The notes under the pieces: generated by a model
What the model saw: only the letters and a program-made list of their open reading frames with translations
Database searches by the model: none
What the model was told of the DNA's origin: nothing
In this document: positions 27,302 to 39,720 of the stretch, piece after piece
How positions within the stretch are numbered: the stretch's first letter is position 1
How the letters are laid out: each line of letters opens with the position of its first letter
Made by a program: the position numbers and the translations under genes
Origin: Choristocarpus tenellus KU-1152
Taxonomy: Eukaryota > Protista > Phaeophyceae
DNA: 47,902 bases
Reading direction: 5' to 3'
NCBI GenBank assembly: GCA_964200185.2
Contig: CAXNAD020000015.1
Span: 1 to 47,902 of the forward strand

Positions 27302-29020
27302 TCAATCTTTCTTCATATGTTGTAGAGCCTTCTTGAACAGCTTCATGAACACTGCCGTCACACTTGCGCCTGAGTTCGCTGAGGTTTCAAAGTAGTCATA
27401 TCCGTGTACTGCTGCCCACTGTAGCCCTTCCTCCTCACTTACCTCCCTGCGCTTATCAATCTGGTTCAGATACACAATGCATGGCACAGCCAAGGTTTGG
27501 AAATTTGTTAACCCAGTTATCTTTTGTCCATATATGCAAAAGGTACTACTGTAGGACTCCTGAGATGTATTTTGTGGGGTGACGTAATCATTATGTTGTA
27601 CTAACTAGACTGTTCCTGCCGCTGTGCAACTTTTGTCTCAAATATTTAGTATTTAAGAGGTTGCTGGCATGTAACAGTTTTGGCAACTTGGAATATTGCC
27701 ATTGAAATGATATTTGAGTGACTTAGTCTATGATTCTCTTCTGCAACTCACAAGATTGCTGCTAAAATCCATGTATTTCTTGTGAGGTAATCAAGGGAGT
27801 TCTATGTCTCCATTTGATGTGTTGATGGGATGCGATGAGCCTACTTTTTGGATGGACTATTGTATGATCAACATGTTATCTATTTCGTAGTTTGGACAAT
27901 GCAACTTGATGTGTCACATTTAGGGGATTGGATTAAAACATTCTCACAAGCTCAACACCTCTTGAGATATATCAATGTTCTACTGTTCATTTATATTAAA
28001 CTGAACATTGCATGCATTCACTACTTACTCTCTTGATTTGTCTCAACGTAAACTTTGTGGCGCAATTTTCTAGAACAAAAATGGTGTACATGCAAGGTTA
28101 AACTGCCAGCTCATAGGCTACCTTATTTGCACATAATGCCATAGGTATCCCTCCAGCCCCAAAGTTCGCCGCTTCCGAGATCCACATATCAAGATCCTCA
28201 AAGCTTGCCCGATTAGCAACGTCATATACCAGAATGCCCTGGGTTCCCGAATTGGTATTCCAAGAAGAGAGTCACTGTTATTATCACATTCTTTATTTGT
28301 TTGCCGTAAACCACTGAAAATTTAGTATGCGCTGCTCGCAAAGGAATCGATATAGGAAAGCAGCAATTTCTATCACTGTATGTTTGAAACTACCATATTG
28401 GGGGAAATGTTTGTTTTGATGGCAAATCTTTGCCGGAGAAAATGCTGTCTCACCCCTTGTGAATCCTTGTAGAATTCGTTTCTGATCTCGAAGAAGTCAG
28501 GGTGTCCTGATAGGTCCCAGAAGTTGACTCGAACTGACTCGCCATCTATGGTGACCGGCTTCACTCCGTAATCGATGCCAATAGTTGAAATATACTTCGG
28601 GACAAACTGGGGCATGGGGACATTACTTGGTGCGCTTGGGATTCTCTTCGTTGGACAGCTTTTTCAACCTGGACTCCCCACCATAACATCCTAGTGGAGT
28701 CGGTTCTCACCCTCTCTTCACAGAAGCGCTTGATTAGGCAGCTCTTGCCAACCCCGAGCGAGCCCATTGATATAATCTTGACTCGCACGCACTATAACGC
28801 ATCACCAAGGATATCAATGAAAAATCATGGGAAGGGTTGGACTCGATCAGGCGTCACCTGTTGCATTGAGCTGAGAGATTCTTGGGGCACAATTTTCAGC
28901 AGCATTTCCTATGTACCTCACCCAGTGCTTCTTTTGTGGTGCATCTTGGGCTCGAGAGGTGTACAGATCTTCAATACCCTTACTTTTCCTCCTCGATCCG
29001 GTCACGGTTGCTATCTTCAT
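27302..29020 (-). CDS. RJL: RJL-family (DNAJC27/RBJ-like) Rab-related small GTPase without J domain, 5 exons
   Basis: Exons 29020-28922, 28791-28711, 28606-28454, 28238-28122, 27460-27302. RVKIISMGSLGVGKSCLIKRFCEERFVPKYISTIGIDYGVK, NFWDLSGHPDFFEIRNEFYKDSQG, CANKID, YFETSA match the DNAJC27-type GTPase domain; stops soon after G5 with no J domain or C-terminal cysteine. First exon less certain. Confidence 0.88.
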
Positions 29021-29416
29021 TATTACCGTACGTAGAGGAGCAATTCTTGGGACAAGGAATCAAAGATCCCTCTTACCCTTGTCCTCTTCCCAGTCGTCCA
29101 ATGTTTGGTCTACTCTAGGAACTCACTCACACAACAAAACGCACTTCTCACCCTCTTCGTCGGTTACTTCATTGCAGCTATCTTTTTTGTATCTTGATTA
29201 ATCTTGGAAGGCGTGCATGTACTGTCATTTGACTGTTCTTCGAAAGGATGTGAAGCTGACAAGACAACATATTTGAATTGAAACCCTCTCAACCCTCTCC
29301 AGCAATCCCAATCCACCACAGCACCCAGCGCCGAGACGAGGCAGGTGCTCTAACCTGGGTGTGAGGTGACCCCTTGATTGGAATTTAAAGGGAGGAAGTC
29401 TTACTTGGTAGTGTGA
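29021..29416. promoter_or_regulatory. Likely bidirectional promoter between RJL and GT64
   Basis: Head-to-head start codons 396 bp apart; inference from arrangement. Confidence 0.5.
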
Positions 29417-30601
29417 ATGGTTACTAAGATGCGGGGAAAGTTTAATGGTTCTGATCTACCACAAATCAAGACAACAGAGATATATGGGTTCAATGCACGC
29501 CAAGACTTTTCCTCAGCTCAGCGAAGAGTGCCTAGGGTTGCCCTTCTGCTTGTGCTCATGATCTTGATGGGAAGTTTTATGGCAATCAACGAGCTCTTAT
29601 TAGTAGATTCAGATGGAGATGCGATGAACGTTAGGCCTCCCCTTCAGGGTGAGACTTTCACTGTGAGGTGAGACCGCGACCTTGCTTGTGCTCTTTCTGG
29701 ACGCATCGACTTCTGGCGATACTGACACTTCGGTGACATTCCCATATGGAATTGACTGACTGCATTGGGAGCATTCACCTTATTCCGCAGCATATTTTTC
29801 TTTGATACAACTCATGTTCTATCCTATGTTTGTCTTCCCCATGCCAGAATGAATACTTGGAGGCGTAATGATCTCCTCCAAAAAAGTGCGACGCACTTTG
29901 CGTCATGCCCTTTTGTACATAAGGTGCAAATTGTGTGGTCGGACCAGGAAAATAGTCCCCCCAGAATGGACTTCTTCGATGCTGGGGTGAGGAGCAAGAT
30001 AGAATTCGAGATTCACGACACCAGTAGCCTTAGCCACCGATTTCACGCTATTGAGCCAATAGAAACGGATGGTGTGTTCTCTGTTGACGACGATGTCATC
30101 GTGCCTTGTGGGGATCTCTGGTTCGCGTTCGAGACATGGGTGTCGAGTTCAGCTACAATGGTAGGGTTTCACCCACGGCTGGTTACGTATGACAAGCACA
30201 GCACTGCCTACTCGTACAAACCTTCGCGTTTTGTCTTTTGGACTGGGATTTATAATTCTGTTCTTACGAAATGCAGTTTCCTTCACAAGGATCACCTTGC
30301 CGCGTACAGCGACATGGTAACTCAGCCGGTCCTGGACTACATTGATGAGCACAGGAACTGCGAAGACATCGCCATGTCTTTCGTTGTTGCACAAAAGTGG
30401 AAGGTACCTCCAATTTGGGTATCGGGCAAGGTGGTTGAAATTGGGAGTAAGGGCATCAGCTCTTTTCATGATCACTTTAAAGCCCGTAGCAAGTGTGTAG
30501 ATTTTTTTGAGGAGGCTTTTGGAGATATGCCATTGATCCGAACAAATGGGAAGGTTGTGCAAGTTTCGAGTGGACTGTGGGCATGGATTTGGGGGATTTG
30601 A
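29417..30601 (+). CDS. Glycosyltransferase family 64 (EXTL2/EPC1-like), type II membrane protein, 2 exons
   Basis: Exons 29417-29667 and 29848-30601. TM anchor VALLLVLMILMGSFMAI; FTVRMNTWRRNDLL, KVQIVWSD, SSLSHRF, IETDGVFSVDDDV (DxD), FAFETW, MVGFHPR, YNSVLTKCSFLH, YIDEHRNCEDIAMSFVV, HFKARSKCVDFFEEAFGDMPL are GT64 hallmarks. Confidence 0.92.
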
Positions 30602-31199
30602 GGCACTACTCTACAGTACATTTTGGATATCCCCTCCTCAATTCTTTATTGTGGTGCCATGCTTCTTCTACTTGTGTATTCATCTTGGAATTAATTCCCC
30701 ATGACTATTTCCCATGTACCTTTACCATGAGTAATCTCTGCAAATAACCAAAAGTGGCATTTGCCCAATGAAGGAGAGAAAAATTAGAATTCCTGTCCGA
30801 GCATAGTTGCTTGTCTATTTGTTTGTACATTCAAGCACCTCTTGAAGTGTGTGTGTATATTTTTTTGAGCCAGGAATTGTTGGGTCACTGTGTACTACCA
30901 CTCACATTTTTGCAGCAATGGAGTGTACGGTAGCATGTTAGTTATTGTTTCCCCAATGACTTGGTATGCTGTAGATGTTGTATTTGCACCCTTCTTCCCT
31001 ACACAACAGATGTTAGAAGATGAATCACCTTGGTGCCTTGATGTTGTATGTGCCCTGAACCCACTTCTGATGTGTGAGGATTCTTATGATCCGCCCCATA
31101 GCTATGATGCAAGACTCCATGGACCATCGTTCTTTAGTACAGATGTGATATGGTTGTAGATCACCCAATCTCACACCCCTGTTGCGCCTTCTCAGAGGG

Positions 31200-34100
31200 G
31201 TTACGTAACCTAACCCCACAAAAAACGCCTTCAATCAGAATATCTGTGGGCAATTCAATGTTTCTTGCAGAGCTCTATGGGATGTATTTGAAAGTAGTTG
31301 AAAATAGTGGAGGGTATTTGTGAAGCTTTTTGATGGAGTGGATATCTAGGATTAACTGGTTTCTAACCAAGCACTGCAAGATCCGATTTTGAAGACTGTG
31401 GTAGAAGAGATTTATCAGTTCAATTTGTAGCAACTCAGTTGTGTTGTGAGCTGAATACATTTTGGTAAGCAGGTTATCCAAATTTTGATATCAGGTGTCG
31501 ATCAGTTTTGAAATCAAATAAATCTGTTAGGAAGAAACTACATGGAATATGAGGGTTTGACGGAGTAGGTTGGCCTTGTTTGTGAGCTTGAGGCTACGAC
31601 TCTAAATTTGTTTTTGAGATATTGCCAGTCGTAGTACTAGGTACTTGGAGATTAATATTTAGATACACTTACAATACTCTTTGAAGAAAAGCAGACTTTT
31701 CTTCTGCCTCAGTCTACTTGGACTTGGTCGTTAGTTGCATGCATGTACTGCTATGTAAATCATTTGTCAACTTTCAAGCCACAAATGTAAACACTTCACC
31801 TTGATCTTGGCCCATACATCAGTAGAAGCACCACCTCCACACACCAGGATTTATAAAAAATGTGCACAATACAACCACTATGAATACTGCTCAAATCTCA
31901 ATCTCATAACTCACAATCAAGACTGACTGCTTGTACTGTGGGGATGTGTGTCAGAACCTACGACTCCTGAACACCACAATTGTAGCAGATATCAGGTCAG
32001 CCTGCATTGGAGGATGTTCACCTCTTGTGCTTGCATAAGCATTTCTTGTGACACAGACGATTTGAACCATTGGACCGTGGAATCTGTGTTCCGAAAATGA
32101 TGCTAAGACCGCTTATCATAGAGTTGAGGTTTAACCTTTTGCAATGTTCTGGTGTGCTCAACCTCATGTTGCCTATCTGACACCCCGTTGTCTCCCATGC
32201 AACTATTCTTCCCTTCCTTACCTTCCTCAGGAGAGATACGTAGCATTCCAATGGCCCCCTTCTTCCACATGAACTGTTCTTCATTACCATACTTTTCTTC
32301 TTCTGGTTTGATATAAATTAGAACAGTCTTTCCTAAAAAACTTAATGGTTGTTCAACCAGTTAGGTTGCTAATGCATAGGCTATATACTTTGCTAATGGC
32401 AAGCAATCCTCTATCCTAGATTTTTAAAATGTTTCATCAAGAAAGCTAATGATTGTTGAATAGGAATCCTTTGTGTCAACAAAAATAAATTTATCTATGA
32501 GGATAACAAAATGTACTCAATTAGCAGTATTGTTTCCAATGTGATCTATGTTGCAAGTCTAATAACTGTCAATAAAATCCATATTATACAAACAATACTG
32601 TAGTTCTGCCTTGAATGTTTATTGCTGTAAATGAATTTGTCCTGCCTCAAGGTGTCCTTCTACAATATGTTGGAGATGTATGCTGGAGATGTATGTCTCT
32701 GCCCATTCTTTTGATGTGTGTGTGTGCTCTGGGAAGTACTGCTTCTCAGAACTCCAGGTATACTAAAGTACATCATAATTATTAAGTACTATAATGAGAA
32801 AATCAAACTTTATTCTCAGAAATCCGTTCAGTTCAATCTGAACTGGATTCCCCAACCACCTATTTTTCTTTAAATGAACCATGTTCATATTTGTACAGAT
32901 ATCATCAGATGTGTCGGGCTTGTATTTCTTGTTTGGATTACTCATTTTGAAGTGAATACTCTTCAAGTATTTAGGTGCAAATGTGTGTAGTTTGTTGCAA
33001 GAGGTGTCCAACAGCAACAGGAACCAAGGAGAGACACAAAGATTGAGGTGATTACTGCTCGGGGAGAGTATGTGATTAGTGGGGTGGTGGCCCACGGATT
33101 TTGCTGTGTTACAACTATCTTCCCTGGGAGAACAGTGGTATCTCAACGTTTGATCAACAGAAAAAAATAGTAGCAGGATGTGAGTAGTAACTGCTTTGCG
33201 ATAACGACAATGCCTTCAATTTTAAGTTTTTTCTCTGTTCCAAGTTCTTCCTCCACCATCTTCATAGAATGCAACTCAAATATGCGCATTTCTTGCACTA
33301 CATGGTGAATTTTATCTATCAACATATGTAGCTCTCCTACTTGTACCCCCCTTACAGCTTACTCAGCACCTAACTGTGCAGGAGGCTATGGAGGAGCAAG
33401 CCCATAAACTTGATCGCAAAGGCGCAGTCGACTTCCACATTGATACCTTAATACCACCTTGTACAAGATGTTTTTGCTGAGGATGATGAGAACATAAGCT
33501 GTGTATCACAAGGAGATCACCATCATGAGTGGACCCTTTTTTACACTGGACTAAGCGATCCTTACATGTAGTTAAACGGAGGATAGGGGTCCAAAAGAGG
33601 AGTTTGAAGATGCAGCGCAAAAAGAAGAGATCCAAAACCACACAAAAGTTTGATATTGATTCAAGGTACGAGAGAAGTGATGGAGTGGATCCAAGTTGCA
33701 ACAAGCTGGACAAGAAGTTTGTACCATCCCACATCTTGCAAGTCATCAAAGAGGCCCGGAAATCAAAGACAAGGCAGACTGTCCCTGAGCAGCTAACAAA
33801 ATGAACGTTACTACTGCAGCTATTAATGCTACTACTCATGGTGGCGCTAGAGAGCAGAAGCACTGTTATCTTCTGGCATTCCACTTGAAGGCCCGAGGCT
33901 CGGCAATCGTCCCCCCATCTTGTTGCACATTTTATGGTCTCTTTTTCATTAATGGTGTGTGTATGTGATACTTGGTATGAAGCAGCACCAGCATCGATCG
34001 CAAGGGCATCTCATTACTAGAAGAGAAATTAAAGGGATACATCCATCCCATCCATGCAGTAGTAGGCAAGATGCGTAAGGAACGAAACATGCACGAAACG

Positions 34101-34500
34101 AACTTGAAGGGAGAAATAAGAATATAGCACTTTTCCCTATGTTGCTCCTCTATCTCATTAGGCAATCCCATAAACACCTTTCAGTACATCTTCACACCTC
34201 AAAAGACGAAATGCTAGCATAGTACACCTCGATATTCTAGAGTTATATGCGGCAAAAATGCATTGTCTGGACAACATGCGTGTTACGGATCGAATTGACC
34301 CAAGCATTTCCCTAACAACACGGATATTGGAGAGAAAATGACCCCATGCAGTGTTGTCCTGAACAGCAGACATTAAGGAGGAAGTGGACCCAGGGGTTTG
34401 TTGGACACCAGATATTAAGAAGGTTTCTATTGATATTCCAAGCAGTGGGACTTGGGGCTGGGCATGTGGGTAGAGGAGAGGATACAATGTCTGCATTTCT
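31200..34500. pseudogene. Decayed coding-like sequence (possible transposon or other relic), unidentified
   Basis: Protein-like fragments broken by stops and frameshifts: minus strand ~31.2-33.0 kb (FLGKTVLIYIKPEEEKYGNEEQFMWKK; MSNPNKKYKPDTSDD) and plus strand ~33.36-34.5 kb (VQEAMEEQAHKLDRKG; QRKKKRSKTTQKFDIDSRY; HLDILELYAAKMHCLDNMRVTDRIDP). No recognised domain. Confidence 0.3.
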
Positions 34501-34844
34501 TTGTGATGCAATATTGGCATTCTGTTGTTTTGTATAGTAGTTTTATACACTAATTATTATGCTCTGACATTTTACAGATGATGTGTGAGGGAAAAAGCCA
34601 AACCAACATCTCAAGGATCCTTGTAAAAGTAACATTAGTTGTAAATGTGGAAGATACCTATAATCTCTCTGTACATATTAGGGTGTTATGAAGTACATGT
34701 ATGAGTAGTAATATTTTTTATGTATTCTTGATGTTCGTTTCTGACTTTGTGCAAACTTCACAAGAAATATACCCAGCAAATAGATACATGCCTATTTCTT
34801 TGTAAACACCCTTCAGGTTCAAACCCCTACATCCATATGTGAAA

Positions 34845-37800
34845 ATGCCACGACACCCCAAAAGAAAGCGACGGCCATTTGAGGAGGGTGAAGGGATCCA
34901 CAGACGTGGTGGATTTGTAGTGGTAAGTGCTCTTGATGTCAACAAAATAAGAGATCGGAAAGATGGAGGGAAGGGGACAGGAAGGGGCAAACGGAAACAA
35001 GACACGGGTGGCGGCAAGGAAGTTGAAGCACCCAACAAACATCTTGATGAGTTTATTCCTCCAGCTCTCAAGGATATTGTCAGATTCTCGTTCACGTCAA
35101 GTGACAGCTGTCTAGAACGATTGTATTATCTCTTGTCTACCAGGGGGGGACAGACCGGAAAGAGAGTCGAGGAAGGGGGGTGCCATGCCATTATTTTTGT
35201 ACAGACGATTGGGGTTGCCCAGATGCTGGTGCGGATACTCAAGGCCCTCCACTTGACAGTGTATGGCATACATGAGCGTACTCCTAAGGCGCAGGTGATT
35301 GATAACTTTCGGATTCAATTCTTGATACTACACCTCCCTTGTGCCTACTATTGTCTCAATACACCATGATGAAGTGCTTCATCCCCCAATGGGCATCTCA
35401 CTATCTTTACTGAGCTCGAGATGGAAGTGGAAATTACATCGATTTTATTTGCGATGTGATTGCTATGCCCAGTGCACGATGGTTGACCAAATGCTGCGCG
35501 CTCACTGGAGTCGTCTTTCGTTTGAACCAGTCATAATTGTGCGTCACCCTTTTCACCCTTTTTGGCAGAGAAAGGGGAACATAAAGAAGTTTTTGTCCGT
35601 TTCATCAGTGGAAAAAAGTTCTGTTCTGGTTCTTACAGATGAGGCCAGCAGCCAAACTACGGCGGTTGGACTAATGCCCTCCAATACTTCCACAATAATT
35701 AGACTTGTGCATTATGATCCAGCAGTGTGCCAGCAGACAGCCATTTCTAGAGCCCGCATATCAAGCAATGCTTGTGGCAGTGGGAAGGCAGAAGAATACT
35801 TTCTGGGAAGTGACGCCACCCAGGCTGAGGAATTGGAAGCAAGTACTAGCTGGCCACCCGTGGAGATGTCTTTTGAAAACACTGCCATGTCCGGCATACG
35901 ACAGAGGTGAGTCCTTAAAGTCAGGGAAACTTTTCTATCCACATGGTTTACTGACATCGTAAGCCCTTGCCCCTCTTCTTCACTGTTCATGCCCAGTTAA
36001 GCCATCTTGGTTTCATTTGTCTGGTTTTGAAAGTATGCTTATTTCTCTGTGTTCTTTGACAATGGCAGGCTTGCAGTGGCTCAGAAGCTGCTCTTACTGG
36101 TGCCTGTTGAGGGCGGGAACATTGACCAGAACATGAAGCGCACTGCATTGGCAGCTGGTTTAGAGTGGGATGAAGACACAGCACAGGGGTGGGTGAGAGT
36201 TACAATCCAATCCAAGTGCTATGCGTTCTGTTGAGTAGGATACGGCCCTATCTGAGGTAGAGGTCCCATTAAATCAATTCCTCTAGCCCTCAGATGCTAG
36301 TCTCAAGACACCAAAACCATAGGTTGTTGTTTTCGATTTCATATTGTGTCTGTATTGTGTCTGTATTGCTCCTGCCCTTACTCAGATTGACTCTAGGGAA
36401 TGCATTTTCTATTAGGTTGGGCAGCATCATCTCTACTGAGATTATTCAATTCTATACTTTACACATATTATTATTACTATACATTTGGAAGCTTGGAGGC
36501 CCAAAAATCACTGTTTAACCTCATGAAAGCCATCCTTTTAGAGCCACAGGGCCACCTCTATCACTATCTCGGTTGCTGTCATATTGTAACATTGTGCAGA
36601 GACCCTGCCTGCCCTTGTGGTTCTCTTTCTCTCTAGATTAGTAGAGTTAAGAAACACTGTGAGACCTTCAAAATGTCAGTGTCTGTATTGACTAGATTGA
36701 GTTTTTTGGTTTCAGGCCTGCTTTTATTTTGTTGTGGTAGGGTACCTCCTTCCAATAGTATTGCTCTTGTGATACATGTAAACCAACCCATTGACAGTGC
36801 TGACAGGCACAACCAAAAGTCGCCCCATTAAATCTTGATGATTTTTGTATTGAGAAAAACATTTCAACTCCCCTGATTCCGGCGCTTGTTCAATACAACC
36901 TATGTCTTAGAAATGACCCAACCAGAGAGATGGCTCTGTTGTGGAGGATATGGTATATCAAGCCATCCATGATGGTTAGCCAATCAGACACTGCTTTTTC
37001 ATTGGGGGAACGTTATAGTGTAGAGGTGTCACTAGTGCATGAAACTGACCCATTCTGAACAGTTGATTCAGGGAATATAATTGGATTATTTCTGATCTAA
37101 ATGTATGCCTAGATTGTGTCTTTCCTTAACAACAGATCAAATTTCCCTCAATTTCACCTTTGAATTGCTAATTTGAGTGACCCACATACTTCCCTCCTCC
37201 CTTCTGCAAGTGCAGATGCCCAACTATGTAAGGCCCACATATAGTGTGAGATAATGACCACTCTGTTTTCCAGATTTCCTTTTTATAACACTTCCAAAGA
37301 ATCCCAGGCCACTGTTGAAGGTATGTCTTTTCCTGTTGTCAAGTTCTGTCATAATCACTCAAATTTATTAGGTTAATTAGGTTACAATAATTGCAGTTTA
37401 TGGAGAGGCTGCACTAAACCTAAATAGACAATTTTCCAGTTGGCTGGGTTCTAATGGTGTGTCAACATTTGTCCATTTTTTTTCAATCCACACACCTTGC
37501 AAAAAAAAAATTATCACTCAGAAAAAAAAAAGAAAATGGCAACCAAAACCAGCAAGCAGCAGCATTGAAGGACAAACTTCGGGTACTGCTTTGCCAGCGA
37601 CTATTTCTTTCACCAGGTGGTTCTACTGGTGCAGGACAGATCCAACAGGCGTCAAAGGAACTCAAGAAGAAAATGATCCTCCTTGGCATGCTTGAAACCA
37701 ACACATCTGGAAGGGTCCCAGGCAGACATAATGATTTTAACAAAGGTGGAGGGGGTTCAGAAGAACGTACAACTGCACATACAAGGTGGCTTGATGGCGC

Positions 37801-39720
37801 CAGTGGGTGGCTGTTTAATGGCGATTGGGATGGTCAAGTTCGAAAGGGGGCAAGCTGTGACAAAACCTCCCTTGAGATTCGGAATAAGGTTGAACAGGCA
37901 AAATCTATGCCAGTCAAGCAAGGCAAGAGTGGACATGTCAGAAAGAGAGGGCCAGGTACAGGGATTAAGGAGGCTGAGCAGAATAAACTGGATGCACTAT
38001 TGCAATGGAGGCCAAATCCTGAGACTCCAGACTTGGACCGTTGGGGGGGTAAATGGGGAAAACCATGTGGGCACAACGAGGCAAGGACCACTTGGTTGTA
38101 GACGTCAGTTATTAGCTTCCATAGTGAGCCCATTCATTCCCAATGTGACTCACTGCCACTGCAGAGAGGTACTAATGCTACTGTCCCGATGGATCTTGCT
38201 GTTTTGACAGGTTGTAATGCAATATCTGCGCCCATTTTTTCCAATAGAGGTGATCAACACACGCATGTGCTCAAAGGCATCACCAGCCCCAGGAAACATT
38301 GGCTATGATGGTTGCCTTGAGCTTCTCTCCTTTCAGTGTGCCTTGCAGAAACGTGCACTCACAGTGTGGGATGACAAAGCTTTCCACTTTATCTCTCCTG
38401 ATGGTGTCCATTCATGTCTAGAGAAGCAGCTCTTACTGCCTCTCCCTACTCCACGTGTTCGCTTTTTGGTGAACAACCTTAGGAACTTCACACTCACCTG
38501 CACTGGGCAACAATCACCCAAGGAGCTTTTGCTGTCTATAGTGTTCCTGGCAGGTCTTGGTGCAAAACAGGTGAGACTTTATGCTGGGAAGAACTGGTGT
38601 GTAATGGTTTGGGTATTAGACATATTCCCATCAGATGTTGGGATAAAACACCCTGCCAGCATGAAGATGTCCGTCAGGAGTGAGGCAACATTCTGCATGT
38701 GTTCTATAACAGGGATTGGTCAAGAATTTTTAGAACTTACCTAGCGATGGCTTGGTCACAGATACCTCATGATACTTTTCCCCATCCAGAGTACATCCAG
38801 AGTACATTGTGTAATCTAAATTAAGAAATGGTTTGAATTCCCCATGGACAGTTGCTCAGTGCAAATTGTGGTTGATCCTTGCATGCAATAATGTAGAATG
38901 AATTAGTGTACAACTCTCTTTTGGCTATCCAGTTGGACATGTTGCTTGACTTTGTGGTTACCTGGAACCAAGTGTTACAAGGTGGTTAATACAAGGTGGT
39001 TAAAATTCTAAACCAACAAGGGGGAATTTTCCATTTTGGACACTTCTGGTGACCAATTGAAGTAAGACTTGTGTTTGAAGAATTTCATCCTTCAGGTTAT
39101 TTTGTGGATTTCAAAGAATGAGACTACTGCGCTATTGGTACTTGATAAATTTCGTAATAGGCACCTGTGATGACTTGCTCCAAATGTGTTGAGAACTCTG
39201 CACAGGAGCATACATATACTAGTTGGCTCATCATATCCAACAAGCTTCTATGTAGTTGGGAATAATTTTCATTTCCAAGGTAGATCTTGTGTGGTTGGGA
39301 TGAACCACATATTGTAGCAACTCTACTTATTTTCTTTGTAGTATGCAATTTGTAGAATACTATTGTACACCTACCTACTGAGAAGGAGATACTGGAAGAT
39401 GATGCAGTCACTCCTTATGTGACCATATTCTGAGTGTATTTATTTCCTTTCAATTATGCTTACCAAACAAACATCCTGTCATTTCCCAGGCACGTATTGG
39501 TCCATTGAGTGTGAAGATGTCTACATTGGTGATGTCCTTCGTTCTATCTGGTGATGTTACCAAATGGAAGAGCATCTCTGAGGGTGTGAGCAACAGCAAT
39601 TCACTAGATGAGCAAGTTGTGAGACATGAAGGTAAAATTCAACATTCAAGACATGTCAGTCTTCAAGAGCAAAAAAGATCAACGAGGGAAATCACCATAA
39701 ATAATAAAAAACAGTCTTAA
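34845..39720 (+). CDS. DDX24/Mak5-related degenerate helicase C-terminal (RecA2) domain fused to an unrecognised C-terminal domain, 6 exons
   Basis: Exons 34845-35294, 35569-35906, 36069-36188, 37522-38080, 38211-38570, 39490-39720 join in frame (one GC-AG intron). RLYYLL..AIIFVQTIGVAQMLVRILKALHLTVYGIHERTPKAQRKGNIKKF..SVLVLTD..LVHYD follows the DEAD-box RecA2 pattern; RQRLAVAQKL, MKRTALAAGLEWDED and LKDKLRVLLCQRL recall the DDX24/Mak5 tail. Family assignment is by eye. Confidence 0.72.
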
